DNA from: Rhizomicrobium sp.
Lineage (GTDB): Bacteria; Pseudomonadota; Alphaproteobacteria; Micropepsales; Micropepsaceae
Assembly: GCA_036267515.1 (NCBI GenBank)
Contig: DATAVW010000076.1
Span: 2,567-66,566, forward strand
Direction of reading: 5' to 3'
Length of the DNA stretch: 64,000 nt
This document shows, in pieces, positions 40,044 to 49,306 of this stretch. Each line of letters starts with the position of its first letter. The stretch's first letter is position 1. The notes below the pieces were generated by a model that was not told the DNA's origin, did not search any database, and was given only the letters and a program-made list of their open reading frames with translations. The position numbers were made by a program, and so were the translations under genes.

Positions 40044-41134
40044 GGCTTGGTCGTCTCGAGCTGATCATAACGGCAATCCTGCGCGGATTTGTCCGGCCGC
40101 CAGCGAAGAAAAATGGCTGCGTGCCGAAACCGGTCGCCTTGCATGTGGTCGTACTTCACCTCGCACACCCGTTCGATTCTAAGCGGTTCCCACGACAAGT
40201 CCTTGCCCGCACTCCAGCGGCTTTGTGCCCCCGGCATGCGACTCGATTCGGCCGCAGCGCCCGCCCATTCCCTCCACGGGTGATGCTGCATCGCGTGCTT
40301 GCGAAGCGGCGCCAATTCTTTCGCGAGCTGGCGGCGCATCTGCATCGTAAAGGACGAGGTCACGCCGACGTGTTGGAGCAGGCCCGCATCATCGTACAAG
40401 CCCAAGAGCAGCGAGCCTACTGCATCCTTGCCGCTCTTGTGCCATCGAAATCCGGCCACGACGCAGTCGGCGGTGCGTGCGTGCTTGACCTTGATCATGG
40501 CGCGCTTGCCCGGCAAGTACGTTCCCGAAGCCAGCTTTGCCACCACGCCGTCAAGGCCGGCACCCTCGAAGCGCGTGAGCCATTCGAGTCCGATGGCTCG
40601 AGCGCGTGTCATCGGGGTGATATAGACAGGCGCTCCTACGGTGCCGAGCAAATCCTCGAGGGCCGCCCGCCGCTCCGACTGAGGCGTTGTCATTAGATTG
40701 CGTCTACTCAACGCGAGCAGATCGAAGGCTACGAACGAAGCTGGTGTCTCTGCGGCGAGTTTTTTGACGCGTGATTCGGCCGGATGCAGCCGCAACTGCA
40801 GAGCATCGAAATCGAGGCCATGTTCGGTCGCGATGACGATCTCGCCATCCACAACAGCGCCCTTGGGCAGGCGCTTGGCGAGAGCGGCATGCAGCTCGGG
40901 AAAATACCGATCGAGCGGCCGCTTATCGCGGCTCTGAATGTAAACGCCGTCGCTGCCGCGAAAAATGATTGCCCGAAAACCGTCCCACTTCGGTTCATAA
41001 AGGTAATCACCGGTCGGCAGTTCGTCCGCCAACTTCGCGAGCATGGGCTCGACCGGCGGCTTCAGCGCAAGGCCTGAGAGCTTCAGCGCAAGGCCTGAGA
41101 TCTTCAGCGCAAGGCCTGAGGGCTTCAGCGGCAT
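39998..41134 (-). CDS. ligC: ATP-dependent DNA ligase, LigC type
   Basis: PMLAK, EPKWDGFR, DGEIV, FDLL, DGVVAK, KVKHARTADCVV, EVKYDH, RWRPDK. Confidence 0.88.
   Translation of the reverse strand: MPLKPSGLALKISGLALKLSGLALKPPVEPMLAKLADELPTGDYLYEPKWDGFRAIIFRGSDGVYIQSRDKRPLDRYFPELHAALAKRLPKGAVVDGEIVIATEHGLDFDALQLRLHPAESRVKKLAAETPASFVAFDLLALSRRNLMTTPQSERRAALEDLLGTVGAPVYITPMTRARAIGLEWLTRFEGAGLDGVVAKLASGTYLPGKRAMIKVKHARTADCVVAGFRWHKSGKDAVGSLLLGLYDDAGLLQHVGVTSSFTMQMRRQLAKELAPLRKHAMQHHPWREWAGAAAESSRMPGAQSRWSAGKDLSWEPLRIERVCEVKYDHMQGDRFRHAAIFLRWRPDKSAQDCRYDQLETTKPYELESIFSSGSRGS
41060..41130. repeat. 21-bp tandem repeat, about 3.4 copies, in the 5' end of ligC
   Basis: cttcagcgcaaggcctgagag / ...gagat / ...gaggg / cttcagcg; encodes LKxSGLA three times. 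Confidence 0.92.
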
Positions 41135-41156
41135 CGCGGCATTTTAGCGTGGGTTC

Positions 41157-41270
41157 ACTTGAGGGCAAAGCTTGCGTGCTGGCAACCTCAAAGGAACGTG
41201 GCGGCGTTCCTTCTGCGAAGAAGCGTTTCCCATGGCCCAGCAGGACTGGATAGACGATCAGCAAGACCTG
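41157..41270 (-). pseudogene. Fragment of a dihydrofolate reductase (RibD C-terminal) family gene
   Basis: LLIVYPVLLGHGKRFFAEGTPPRSFEVASTQALPS carries the PvllG.GkrlF motif; no N-terminus. Confidence 0.65.
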
Positions 41271-41324
41271 AACCGCAAGATTGTGCTCGAGCAGCGTCGA
41301 TGTCAGCGTTGAACTGCCGCAGCC

Positions 41325-43457
41325 TCAAGGGCATGCGGCCTGCCCCAGCTGGCGCCACAAATAGGTAAATTCCACCGCGCGGGCAGCCGACCTGAGATGC
41401 CAATCGCCCGGCGCCGGCCCGCCCGCAAGTTCCCAATAGTGCCCGCCCTGCCCATCCTCAAAGTACAAATTATCGTGTCCCTTCTCCGTGAGAAGAGCCG
41501 AAAACCGCCGCGCCTGCCCAGGCAGCACGCGATCGTCATCCGTCGAGGTGATGATAAGAGCCGGCGGGTAGCGAACGTTCGAGGGCGCAATATTTTGCAT
41601 CGGAGAATAGGTGCTCAAGTATCGGCGCGCGACGCTGTCGCGAGGATCGCCATACTCGGCCGTCCAGGTGGAGCCCGGTGGGAATTCGATGAAATTCAGC
41701 ATGTCGGTCAGAGGTCCGCCGACGATGACGGCATTCATGAGTTGAGGATAGCGTTCCATGACGGCCGCGCTCATCAGTCCGCCATTGGAACGACCCATGA
41801 TTCCCGTGTGGCTGGGCTGAGTGACCCCGCGGCTGTGCAAGTCCTTGAGGACCGCAGCCATATCATCGAAGGCCAGATAGCGTTGGTCTCGCATGACGCT
41901 CCAATGCCAATCAGGCGCACGCTCCCCGCCGCCGCGAAGATAGGCATGCACATAGACGCCGCCTCGTTCCAACCAGAGCTTTCCAAACAGCGGCTCGTAG
42001 CGCGGCGTCAGCGGCACGTCATAGCCCCCGTAGCCATAAATTAGGGCCGCCGAACAGCGATCGAACTTCAGGTCGCGGCGCCGGGTGACGCTGTAGGTAA
42101 TGAGTGTGCCGTCGGAACTGCGCGCCTGGTTGTACTCAGTGAGAAGGTTGGACGCATCGAAGGATGCGGGCTGTTGATACAGGGCCGGCTTTTCAGCTCC
42201 GGTTTGCGGATCGACCTGCACGATCCGATCGGGCAACAGTGGGGACTGTTCATGCAGCAACAACTGACCCTGCGAGAAATCCATGATCTGAATGTATCGT
42301 CCACCCGGCCGTGGAATGGTCCGCGGCTGCCATGCGCCTGCCTTGCGCGGCGTCAGTTCAACCAGCCGGCTCGCGTAGTCATGCAGCAGTTCAACAAACA
42401 GGCGGCCGTCGCTGGATCGGACACTGCGAATCGCATCATCGCCCGTGGGGTAGTAGATCACTTCGGCTGATGAAATCTTTCCCTCGCGCATCAGTGCGTT
42501 AAGATCGATCGCAGCCAGAGTCCCGTTGGGCACCACGACACCGCTCCCCAGGGTCCAGTCCCGGTTAGGACGGATCAACAGCTTGTCCGCGTGAACGCCC
42601 ATGACAGCCGCGGCGTCCGGCAAGGCCAGCGGACGCGAGGTTCCATCGGGCGAGACCAACTGATATTCGCGCCGCTCGAAGTCCTTGTGCCGAGCGGCGA
42701 CGAAGTTGCCGGAGCCCGCTGCGTTGACCAGTATTGCATTCACACCGGCGTCCGAGTCTCGGCCTGCGAACAACGTGCGCGATGAATTCAACGGAGTGCC
42801 ACGCCGCCATGATCGGATCGTGCGCGCAGTCAGCCCTTCCGTCATTTCGCTGCGTACGAACGCAGGCGCGACGAGCAAGGTGTCCGCGTCGTACCACCAC
42901 GTTTGCGTCTTGCTTTCCGGGATGTGAAAGCCGTGGCGGACGAACTGTTTGCTGTTCAGGTCAAATTCCCGCTGCTCGGCGGCGTCCTTCCCATTGCGAG
43001 ACAAGGAGATGAGACAGTGGCTCTCCATGCAATCGGCACCGGCAAATATGAATCTGGCGTGCTCAGCTACGCCAAGCGCCTGGACGTCGATGACTATCTC
43101 CCAGTTCGGCGCTCCCGAAAGATAGTCAGCTCGCCTGGTTCGCCGCCACACCCCGAACGGACTGTCACGGCTCTGCCGGTATTGGTAGACGTAGTCGCCC
43201 ATGAACGTCACCGGCGAGAGACGGTCTGGATCAGTCAGGATGTCGGCCGCCGCGGCCTCGAAGGTTGCGAAGCGCGGATCCGCCCGCAACAGGGCCAGTG
43301 TTTGCGAGTTCCGCTCCGCCAGCCACTTGATGGTCTGGGCACCGTGATCGTTGAGCCACGCAGGCCCGTGCTCCTCCGGTGCACTGTGCGCACAGGCTGC
43401 CACCAGCACCAAAGACATGGTCGAAATCCGAACAAGGCCGTTTAGGCGGGTCTTCAC
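41325..43457 (-). CDS. Prolyl oligopeptidase (S9A), probable lipoprotein
   Basis: LVAAC lipobox, YGYGG, RGGGE, GRSNGG (Ser), DDRV (Asp), GGH (His). Confidence 0.9.
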   Translation of the reverse strand: MKTRLNGLVRISTMSLVLVAACAHSAPEEHGPAWLNDHGAQTIKWLAERNSQTLALLRADPRFATFEAAAADILTDPDRLSPVTFMGDYVYQYRQSRDSPFGVWRRTRRADYLSGAPNWEIVIDVQALGVAEHARFIFAGADCMESHCLISLSRNGKDAAEQREFDLNSKQFVRHGFHIPESKTQTWWYDADTLLVAPAFVRSEMTEGLTARTIRSWRRGTPLNSSRTLFAGRDSDAGVNAILVNAAGSGNFVAARHKDFERREYQLVSPDGTSRPLALPDAAAVMGVHADKLLIRPNRDWTLGSGVVVPNGTLAAIDLNALMREGKISSAEVIYYPTGDDAIRSVRSSDGRLFVELLHDYASRLVELTPRKAGAWQPRTIPRPGGRYIQIMDFSQGQLLLHEQSPLLPDRIVQVDPQTGAEKPALYQQPASFDASNLLTEYNQARSSDGTLITYSVTRRRDLKFDRCSAALIYGYGGYDVPLTPRYEPLFGKLWLERGGVYVHAYLRGGGERAPDWHWSVMRDQRYLAFDDMAAVLKDLHSRGVTQPSHTGIMGRSNGGLMSAAVMERYPQLMNAVIVGGPLTDMLNFIEFPPGSTWTAEYGDPRDSVARRYLSTYSPMQNIAPSNVRYPPALIITSTDDDRVLPGQARRFSALLTEKGHDNLYFEDGQGGHYWELAGGPAPGDWHLRSAARAVEFTYLWRQLGQAACP

Positions 43458-43621
43458 AAATATTCCCTCATGGACATGGACTTATTTTTTCGCAAGCCCT
43501 TGGCCGGCGGGAACCATCAGCTTTCGGAACCCCTCAGCCCCTGATGTGATGGCGAGAAATCCCAAAACCGATCAAGAGCGGCAACTGATTTGCGTGGTCA
43601 TGCACATTCTTCACGCGAAGG

Positions 43622-44860
43622 TCATCCGATAGCTGCTCTCGTGGCATCTATCGGCGACATCCGCGCTGCACGGCGCGCCGGCGTCAATGCGGCGCACTGC
43701 CCGAGCGTCAACAGAACAGCGCTGCCAAGTGCAATATAGATAGCCGGTAGTCTCGTCATCTCCAAAAAGTGCATCAGCGCCAAATTGACTACGAAGGCCA
43801 GCATGGATCCAACGCCAATGCCCAAAACGATGATGAATAAATTCTCTGTAAGGATATGAGCGAGGATATCGGACCGCTTCGCCCCAAGCGCTCGCCGGAG
43901 GCCTATTTGACGGCGGCGTTCGTCGACCCAAAAAACCGTGATCCCAATGATGCCGCCGGCGGTCGCCAGTAACAGGATGATCGACGCCGCACTTAGCAGT
44001 ATCACAAGGCCGCGATCGCGCGAATAAGCCTTGTTTCGTAGACTGTGGAAAGTCTGCACCCCGTTCGTGGCATCGATCACTCGCAGTCGACTCACCTTAT
44101 AGAGGGCCGCGGCCAGCGAGCCTCGTAAGCGCTCTGATTGCCCAGCTTTCACATGCACGATGTATTGATCGCCACCCGCGTCGGCCCATCTGATCGGGCT
44201 CAAGACCGAACGATAAGCAAACGTACGTGTTCCCACGGCCGGGACTTCCATATCGGAGACAACACCGATGATCGTCCGTAGAGTTCCACCAACATAAACG
44301 GCCTTGCCCAAACTCGACCCGGCAGGAAACAGCTTCTTAGCTAGATCCTGCGTAATAATGATTGGGCCGGCAGTCGATTGTTCCAACTGCGATCCCGGCG
44401 TCACCTCATCAGCTCGAAAATTACGGCCCGCCAACAGCCGGACACCATACGTAGCCAGCGCGTGCTCGTCAGCAAAATAGGCTTCAGAGTAAGACGTCGG
44501 TGATTTTTGATTCGCTTCCAGACCAATTCCCCAAAGCGTGGCCCATGGGCCGGCGCCCGGGAAGGAATAGTCAGCATACGCATCTGCCACACCGGGCAGT
44601 TCGCGTATCGTGGCAAGATCGGCCGCGGTCTTTGCCTGAGCTTGTTCCGGCGTCAGCGCGCCGACCCAGCGATTATCGACCACGACAATGTTGGATTCGT
44701 CGATGCCGGTGGGCCGCGATATATAAATGACACGCTGACTGATGACGAAAATCGCGTTGGCTACAATGGCGAGCGTCAACGCAACCTGCAGGGCGATGAG
44801 AAACACACCGGCCTTGTGACGGGTGAGAGCTGACAGGATAGGTCTTACCGGGATGTTCAT
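43622..44860 (-). CDS. MacB/FtsX-type ABC permease
   Basis: TM1, large periplasmic domain (GRNF), ERRRQIGLRRALGA. Confidence 0.88.
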   Translation of the reverse strand: MNIPVRPILSALTRHKAGVFLIALQVALTLAIVANAIFVISQRVIYISRPTGIDESNIVVVDNRWVGALTPEQAQAKTAADLATIRELPGVADAYADYSFPGAGPWATLWGIGLEANQKSPTSYSEAYFADEHALATYGVRLLAGRNFRADEVTPGSQLEQSTAGPIIITQDLAKKLFPAGSSLGKAVYVGGTLRTIIGVVSDMEVPAVGTRTFAYRSVLSPIRWADAGGDQYIVHVKAGQSERLRGSLAAALYKVSRLRVIDATNGVQTFHSLRNKAYSRDRGLVILLSAASIILLLATAGGIIGITVFWVDERRRQIGLRRALGAKRSDILAHILTENLFIIVLGIGVGSMLAFVVNLALMHFLEMTRLPAIYIALGSAVLLTLGQCAALTPARRAARMSPIDATRAAIG

Positions 44861-44864
44861 GAGA

Positions 44865-46178
44865 TCAGCCAGCCTTCAGTTGCCAGGCAGGCTGGATTCG
44901 AGATGCACGCCAAACCGGATAGGCTGCCGCGATCAGCGCCACCAATACGGCGAGCGAAATAGCAAGAGCCATGATGCTGGCATCGGGATGTACCGTCCGC
45001 GCGATTTTTGCCTCAAAAACGAGATTCAAGTTTCCGATGAAGCATAATGTCAACAGGACCCCAAGCAGCCCGCCAGCCAGACCGATAACGGCCGCTTCCA
45101 CAAGATACTGCGTATAGATTGCGCCGCGCGACGCGCCCAATGCCCGCCGGATTCCAATATCCGGCCCTCGTCGCATGAACCGCGCCAGCAATAGACCTAC
45201 CGTGTTCACAGTGCATACCAAAAGCAGCCCGAGCGCGACGATGAACGAAATCCGCGCTTCCGAGGGTACGATCTTTAGGTACTTCAGCCACTGATCGAGG
45301 TCACGGAGCCGTGTATAAGCGGGCCAATTGAACCGGCCATTTGCCTTTTGCTCTTCGGCATAGGCCAAGAGAAAGGCGGCATAGCGTCCCACCGCCGTGG
45401 CGTCAGGCAGTTCGACCCAAAGAGAAATCCAAGTACATTCCGAACCAACCAAATCATCCCAGCCCTTTCCTTGGTAATCAAGTGCACAGAATGTGCTCCC
45501 AGCGGTGGGGATCCTTAGGTCGACTGCCCGCCGAAATGGTAGAAAAATCTGCGGAGGAAGATCGAACGCTTGCACATCGGCCGCTGCGTAGAAGCGCGGC
45601 AGCGGATTCCATTGCTTCATGACCCCTGCGATTCGATACACATGTCCATCAAGCGGTAGGTCTCGACCGACGCTGTTCTCGCCGTGAAACAGTTTTTGGT
45701 TTAGATCCTTTCCAATGACGACCGCATTATTACCGTCATCATCGTCAGCCTTACTCCATACGCCACCGTATTCAAATGGCGCCAAAAACATGCGGAAAAA
45801 GTCCGCGGTTACGGCATATCCCCTCGCCGCAAAGGGCTGGATTGCTGTGTCTGCCGGTACCGATGAGAGATATATCGGATAAATGGCGGCCTGTCCCGTT
45901 GGTTCCTTGTTGGCACGAAGCGCAACGACGTCGTGGAATGTAAGCTCCGGATCCGGTTCCCCGCCGGTGATAATCCTATTCGGTCCGCGGTTATCGATTT
46001 GCGGCACAAAAAGCTGATTGGACTTCAGAGGCAAGGGATTCGCTGACAACACGCTGAGCAGTGCGTAAGTGGTAGTCGACCCCGCGACGCCGACAGCAAT
46101 CAGCAGAATCATTAGGCTCGTAATGGCTAGATTGCGCGACAATGAGCGCATGCCTAGATTGAAATAGTGAGTGAACAT
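44865..46178 (-). CDS. MacB/FtsX-type ABC permease
   Basis: MFTHYFNLGMRSL start, TM1, periplasmic domain, DIGIRRALGA, YPVWRASRIQPA. Confidence 0.88.
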   Translation of the reverse strand: MFTHYFNLGMRSLSRNLAITSLMILLIAVGVAGSTTTYALLSVLSANPLPLKSNQLFVPQIDNRGPNRIITGGEPDPELTFHDVVALRANKEPTGQAAIYPIYLSSVPADTAIQPFAARGYAVTADFFRMFLAPFEYGGVWSKADDDDGNNAVVIGKDLNQKLFHGENSVGRDLPLDGHVYRIAGVMKQWNPLPRFYAAADVQAFDLPPQIFLPFRRAVDLRIPTAGSTFCALDYQGKGWDDLVGSECTWISLWVELPDATAVGRYAAFLLAYAEEQKANGRFNWPAYTRLRDLDQWLKYLKIVPSEARISFIVALGLLLVCTVNTVGLLLARFMRRGPDIGIRRALGASRGAIYTQYLVEAAVIGLAGGLLGVLLTLCFIGNLNLVFEAKIARTVHPDASIMALAISLAVLVALIAAAYPVWRASRIQPAWQLKAG

Positions 46179-46378
46179 CCCTGCCTTTCCGTAGCCAGTA
46201 CACTTCTTGTACACCGAATCTCGCGTCAGCTCCACCAGGCTACAGTGATTCAAGTCTCGATTCTTCTTGGCTTGGTCGAGATTCGTCCGCTTTCGTGTAT
46301 CTCGCAACGTTGCGGTGGTATGTCTTCCTTCTCGTGATAGATTGCTATCGGGAACAATGGTCGAGGTGATCATTGGCG

Positions 46379-46444
46379 TTCAAACGAGCGTGCCACATGG
46401 TCCGCATCGATGTCGGTAGATTTCGCGCTCCAATCATCTGATAA
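46379..46444 (-). promoter_or_regulatory. Possible IHF site plus degenerate sigma54 -24/-12 element
   Basis: TATCAGATGATTG fits WATCARNNNNTTR; downstream TGGCACGCTCGTTTGA has a good -24 but a non-canonical -12. Confidence 0.3.
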
Positions 46445-46463
46445 AGCCAAAGAAATTTAGGCC

Positions 46464-47020
46464 ATGACCGCAGAAATTGCACCGACGGTGCAAATCACCG
46501 ACGAACTCAGCGATACGGGTATGGCTCGCAGAGAGCTGTTGGTCGCCGTCGGCCTGTGTGCGACGACTGCAACGCTATTCGGATGCGGAGGGGGCTCCGC
46601 TTCGGCGTCAAATGCGACTGCGCCGATTCCCCCGCCTTCGGCGCCGCCGACACCAACTCCACCGCCGTTGGACATCACGCCAACGGTTACCTTGAGCAAT
46701 AAGCCGGTGGCGGGATTGATGACCTACGATGCCTATTTGACGGGCGCGTCCGCGCCAAATTCGGTGTTTTCATACTCCGGTGCCTCGAACTCTATCGTCA
46801 CCCAATTGGGCAAGACCTTCCCCCGCGAGAGTTCATCGATACTTATGAAAATGGACTGGGCGGTCTGAAAATAATCAACGGACTCGGCACGGTAGCCGAC
46901 CCGCAGCCCGGCACTAATTCTAATTTGAAAAGCATTGTCGCACCGGGTCACCCCACAGGCCCTGGGTCGCAATTCATGTCGGATTGGTTGGTTCAACGGA
47001 TCACAGCACTGATCGGCTGA
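46464..47020 (+). pseudogene. Tat lipoprotein, probable SGNH/GDSL hydrolase with internal deletion or frameshift
   Basis: RRELL...LFGC signal and Pro-rich linker; a second frame from about 46832 reads FIDTYENGLGG...GHPTGPGSQFMSDWLVQRITALIG* (SGNH-like HP C-terminus). Confidence 0.55.
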
Positions 47021-47115
47021 TTTAGACGCGATTCGCCCTAATTCCTCAACCTAGAAAGCTTGGCACTGAGCGATGACAGCAAACAAGCGGACGAAACGCG
47101 CTTCCTTCCGAAATC

Positions 47116-47521
47116 CTAGCGCAGCTCCTTGCGAACGACGAGCTTCAGTCCGGACCACACATCGGTGACTGCACAGACTTTGACGTCAACTAAACCGAGC
47201 GGCAGCGCCAACTCGCGAATCACACTTTCGGTGATCGTCGTGGGGACTTTGGATGATTTTCTTCGGCCACGACACCCAGATTATCGCCTGAGGCGCTAGT
47301 GTCTTGCGCAGCGTGACCAACGATGTCTCGAGCACTTCTCGCTGTGTCTCAAACACATGGACGATATTCGTCGCGGCTGTCCCGATCGCCTCAAATCGAA
47401 CGTTCGCCGGCACAGGTTTCAGCAGATTGCGATAGTCCCGCGGCGCTCCAATCGTATGTATGACACAGCCTTCCTTGATGCCGAGTTTTTTGACTAGCGG
47501 CGTGCCTGAGTATCCTGCCAT
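47116..47521 (-). pseudogene. DUF3052-family protein with a +1 frameshift
   Basis: MAGYSGTPLVKKLGIK...WVSWPKK, then an extra A (47257-47260), continuing SSKVPTTITE...LGLVDVKVCAVTDVWSGLKLVVRKELR*. Confidence 0.85.
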
Positions 47522-47553
47522 CGTGTGCGCTCCTAGTGCGGCGACAGAGTATT

Positions 47554-48042
47554 TTAATCGAGGACCTTGCGCATTCTTACGCACGCCATTTTGCAGCCGC
47601 CGCTGAGCGTATGCTCTCCAAGGCCCATGTCTTCATAGCCATGACGCTTATAAAACGGTGCCGCGGTCAAGGAAGAGTCCATACGAAGTTCATCGCAGCC
47701 TTGTTCTTTGGCCATTCTTTCGACTTCACGCAGCAGCGCCGATCCTACTCCCCTTCCGTCGAAAGCAGCCGCAACGTACACAGCACGCAACTCGCTGTTG
47801 GCTGGCACGATTGCGCCGAACCCCGCGATTTCCCCGTTCAGTTCAGCCACCACGGTGGTTTCATGGGGCAGCCCGTGCTTCAAGTATTGCTCAACGCGCT
47901 CCGGCGTGACGGGCTTGGACCACGCCCGGCGAACCTCCAATGGATAATCTCGCGCAGCGGTCTCGTGCACTGCCGAATAGTGCGCTTCGAGTATTCCTCG
48001 GGCGTCCTCGATCGTCGCAATGCGAACAGTTAATCGACCCAT
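47554..48042 (-). CDS. GNAT-family N-acetyltransferase
   Basis: VYVAAAFDGRGVGSALL, APFYKRHGY. Confidence 0.88.
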   Translation of the reverse strand: MGRLTVRIATIEDARGILEAHYSAVHETAARDYPLEVRRAWSKPVTPERVEQYLKHGLPHETTVVAELNGEIAGFGAIVPANSELRAVYVAAAFDGRGVGSALLREVERMAKEQGCDELRMDSSLTAAPFYKRHGYEDMGLGEHTLSGGCKMACVRMRKVLD

Positions 48043-48166
48043 GTCGGCATTGTACCCGCCGCAAAATCGCCGACGGAAGACCCCAAGGGAGTACTCATAC
48101 AGTCCTCATGAGACGTAACCGACCAGTACAATCTGCACCATCGTTCGATAAGAAATCCCTATCGGT

Positions 48167-48193
48167 TGTCGATTTGGGCCCGCTTCAATCGTC
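48167..48193 (+). promoter_or_regulatory. ECF42-type promoter upstream of the DGPF/YciI gene
   Basis: TGTCGA-N17-CGTC, matching the motif described for ECF42 targets. Confidence 0.55.
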
Positions 48194-48226
48194 GACAGGT
48201 ATAGACAGATCAACAGGAGATCAACC

Positions 48227-48595
48227 ATGAAATTCATGATGCTGATGATTCCCGCGGCTTACCAGGGCGGCACACCGGCGCCAGGCTTTAGACCCGATCC
48301 AAAGAAGATGGAAGCGATGGGACGGTTCAACGATGAATTGGGCAAAGCCTTCAAAATTGAATCGCTCAACGGCCTGCATCCGCTGGGCAAGGGTGCGCGC
48401 GTGTCGTTCGCCAAAGGCAAGCCCTCCGTGACCGACGGACCGTTCATCGAAGCGAGAGAAGCGTTGGGCGGTTATTGGCTGGTGGAAGCGCCGTCCAAGG
48501 AAGAAGTGGTCAAGTGGGCGCAACGCTGCCCGGCGGATGACGGCGATACCATTGAGGTCCGGCAAGTCTTTGGGCCTGAAGATTTCGCGAAATAA
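48227..48595 (+). CDS. YciI/DGPF-family protein
   Basis: GLHP, VTDGPFIEAREALGGYW, IEVRQ; RBS AGGAG. Confidence 0.9.
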   Translation: MKFMMLMIPAAYQGGTPAPGFRPDPKKMEAMGRFNDELGKAFKIESLNGLHPLGKGARVSFAKGKPSVTDGPFIEAREALGGYWLVEAPSKEEVVKWAQRCPADDGDTIEVRQVFGPEDFAK

Positions 48596-48632
48596 GCAGC
48601 GTAGGCGTTCCAGAACCCAAAAGGATAAGTCC

Positions 48633-48941
48633 ATGCCGATCATGAGAGAGTGGCGGGCGGAAATCCGCCGCGCGTTGAAAGATGAATATGTGGCATACGT
48701 GAATGCCACCGGCATCGTCGGCTACAAGCAAACGACCGGCAATTTAGGCGCGACCATCGCCACTCGCGACATCGATGCAGAGCGCACCGAGATCGTGACG
48801 TTGAGCTGGTGGAAAGATGAGGCGTCCATCAGAGCCTTTGCAGGCAACGATATCAGTCGCTCCCACTATTACTCAGAGGACGACCGCTTCTTGCTGACGC
48901 GGCCGGAGACGGTCCGACACTACGACTCGACGGCGCCGTAG
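48633..48941 (+). CDS. Antibiotic biosynthesis monooxygenase-like dimeric alpha-beta barrel protein
   Basis: IMREWR...TGNLG...TLSWW...IRAFAG...YYSEDDRFLL. Confidence 0.7.
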   Translation: MPIMREWRAEIRRALKDEYVAYVNATGIVGYKQTTGNLGATIATRDIDAERTEIVTLSWWKDEASIRAFAGNDISRSHYYSEDDRFLLTRPETVRHYDSTAP

Positions 48942-49049
48942 TCGTGCGCCATCGACCCCGGCCCGAAGCGTCTTGCGCATAGATTTGCGGCTGGCCGCCA
49001 CATTCCAGCTTCAATCGTACATCGGATGAAGCTGCAGGAATGCGGCGCT

Positions 49050-49295
49050 GGCATCGCCGCTGGCATCGCTGTCGAGCGGCGCCGGCGTTGTCATTGTCTG
49101 GATCTTTAATCTCTGGGGGACGTTCGATCTATTGCATGCATTCTACGAGGCAAAGGCCGGCGGTTTGATGCCGGGCCAGTTGGGCGCCGGGTATTTCATC
49201 CCTACACTCCTGGTGCCGCTGCTCTTGGTCACGCATGCGTTGATTTTCAAGATTCTATTGAAACAAGGGCATGCATCTGGCGCACCACTTAGATA
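49050..49295 (+). pseudogene. C-terminal fragment of a membrane protein
   Basis: Frame GVVIVWIFNLWGTFDLLHAFY...GAGYFIPTLLVPLLLVTHALIFKILL; in-frame stop just upstream and no start codon. Confidence 0.55.
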
Positions 49296-49306
49296 GACTT
49301 TAAGCC

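Noticed and set aside
41060-41130. Possible mini-CRISPR array
   Set aside because: The units are directly adjacent with no spacers, lie in frame within ligC, and no cas genes are present
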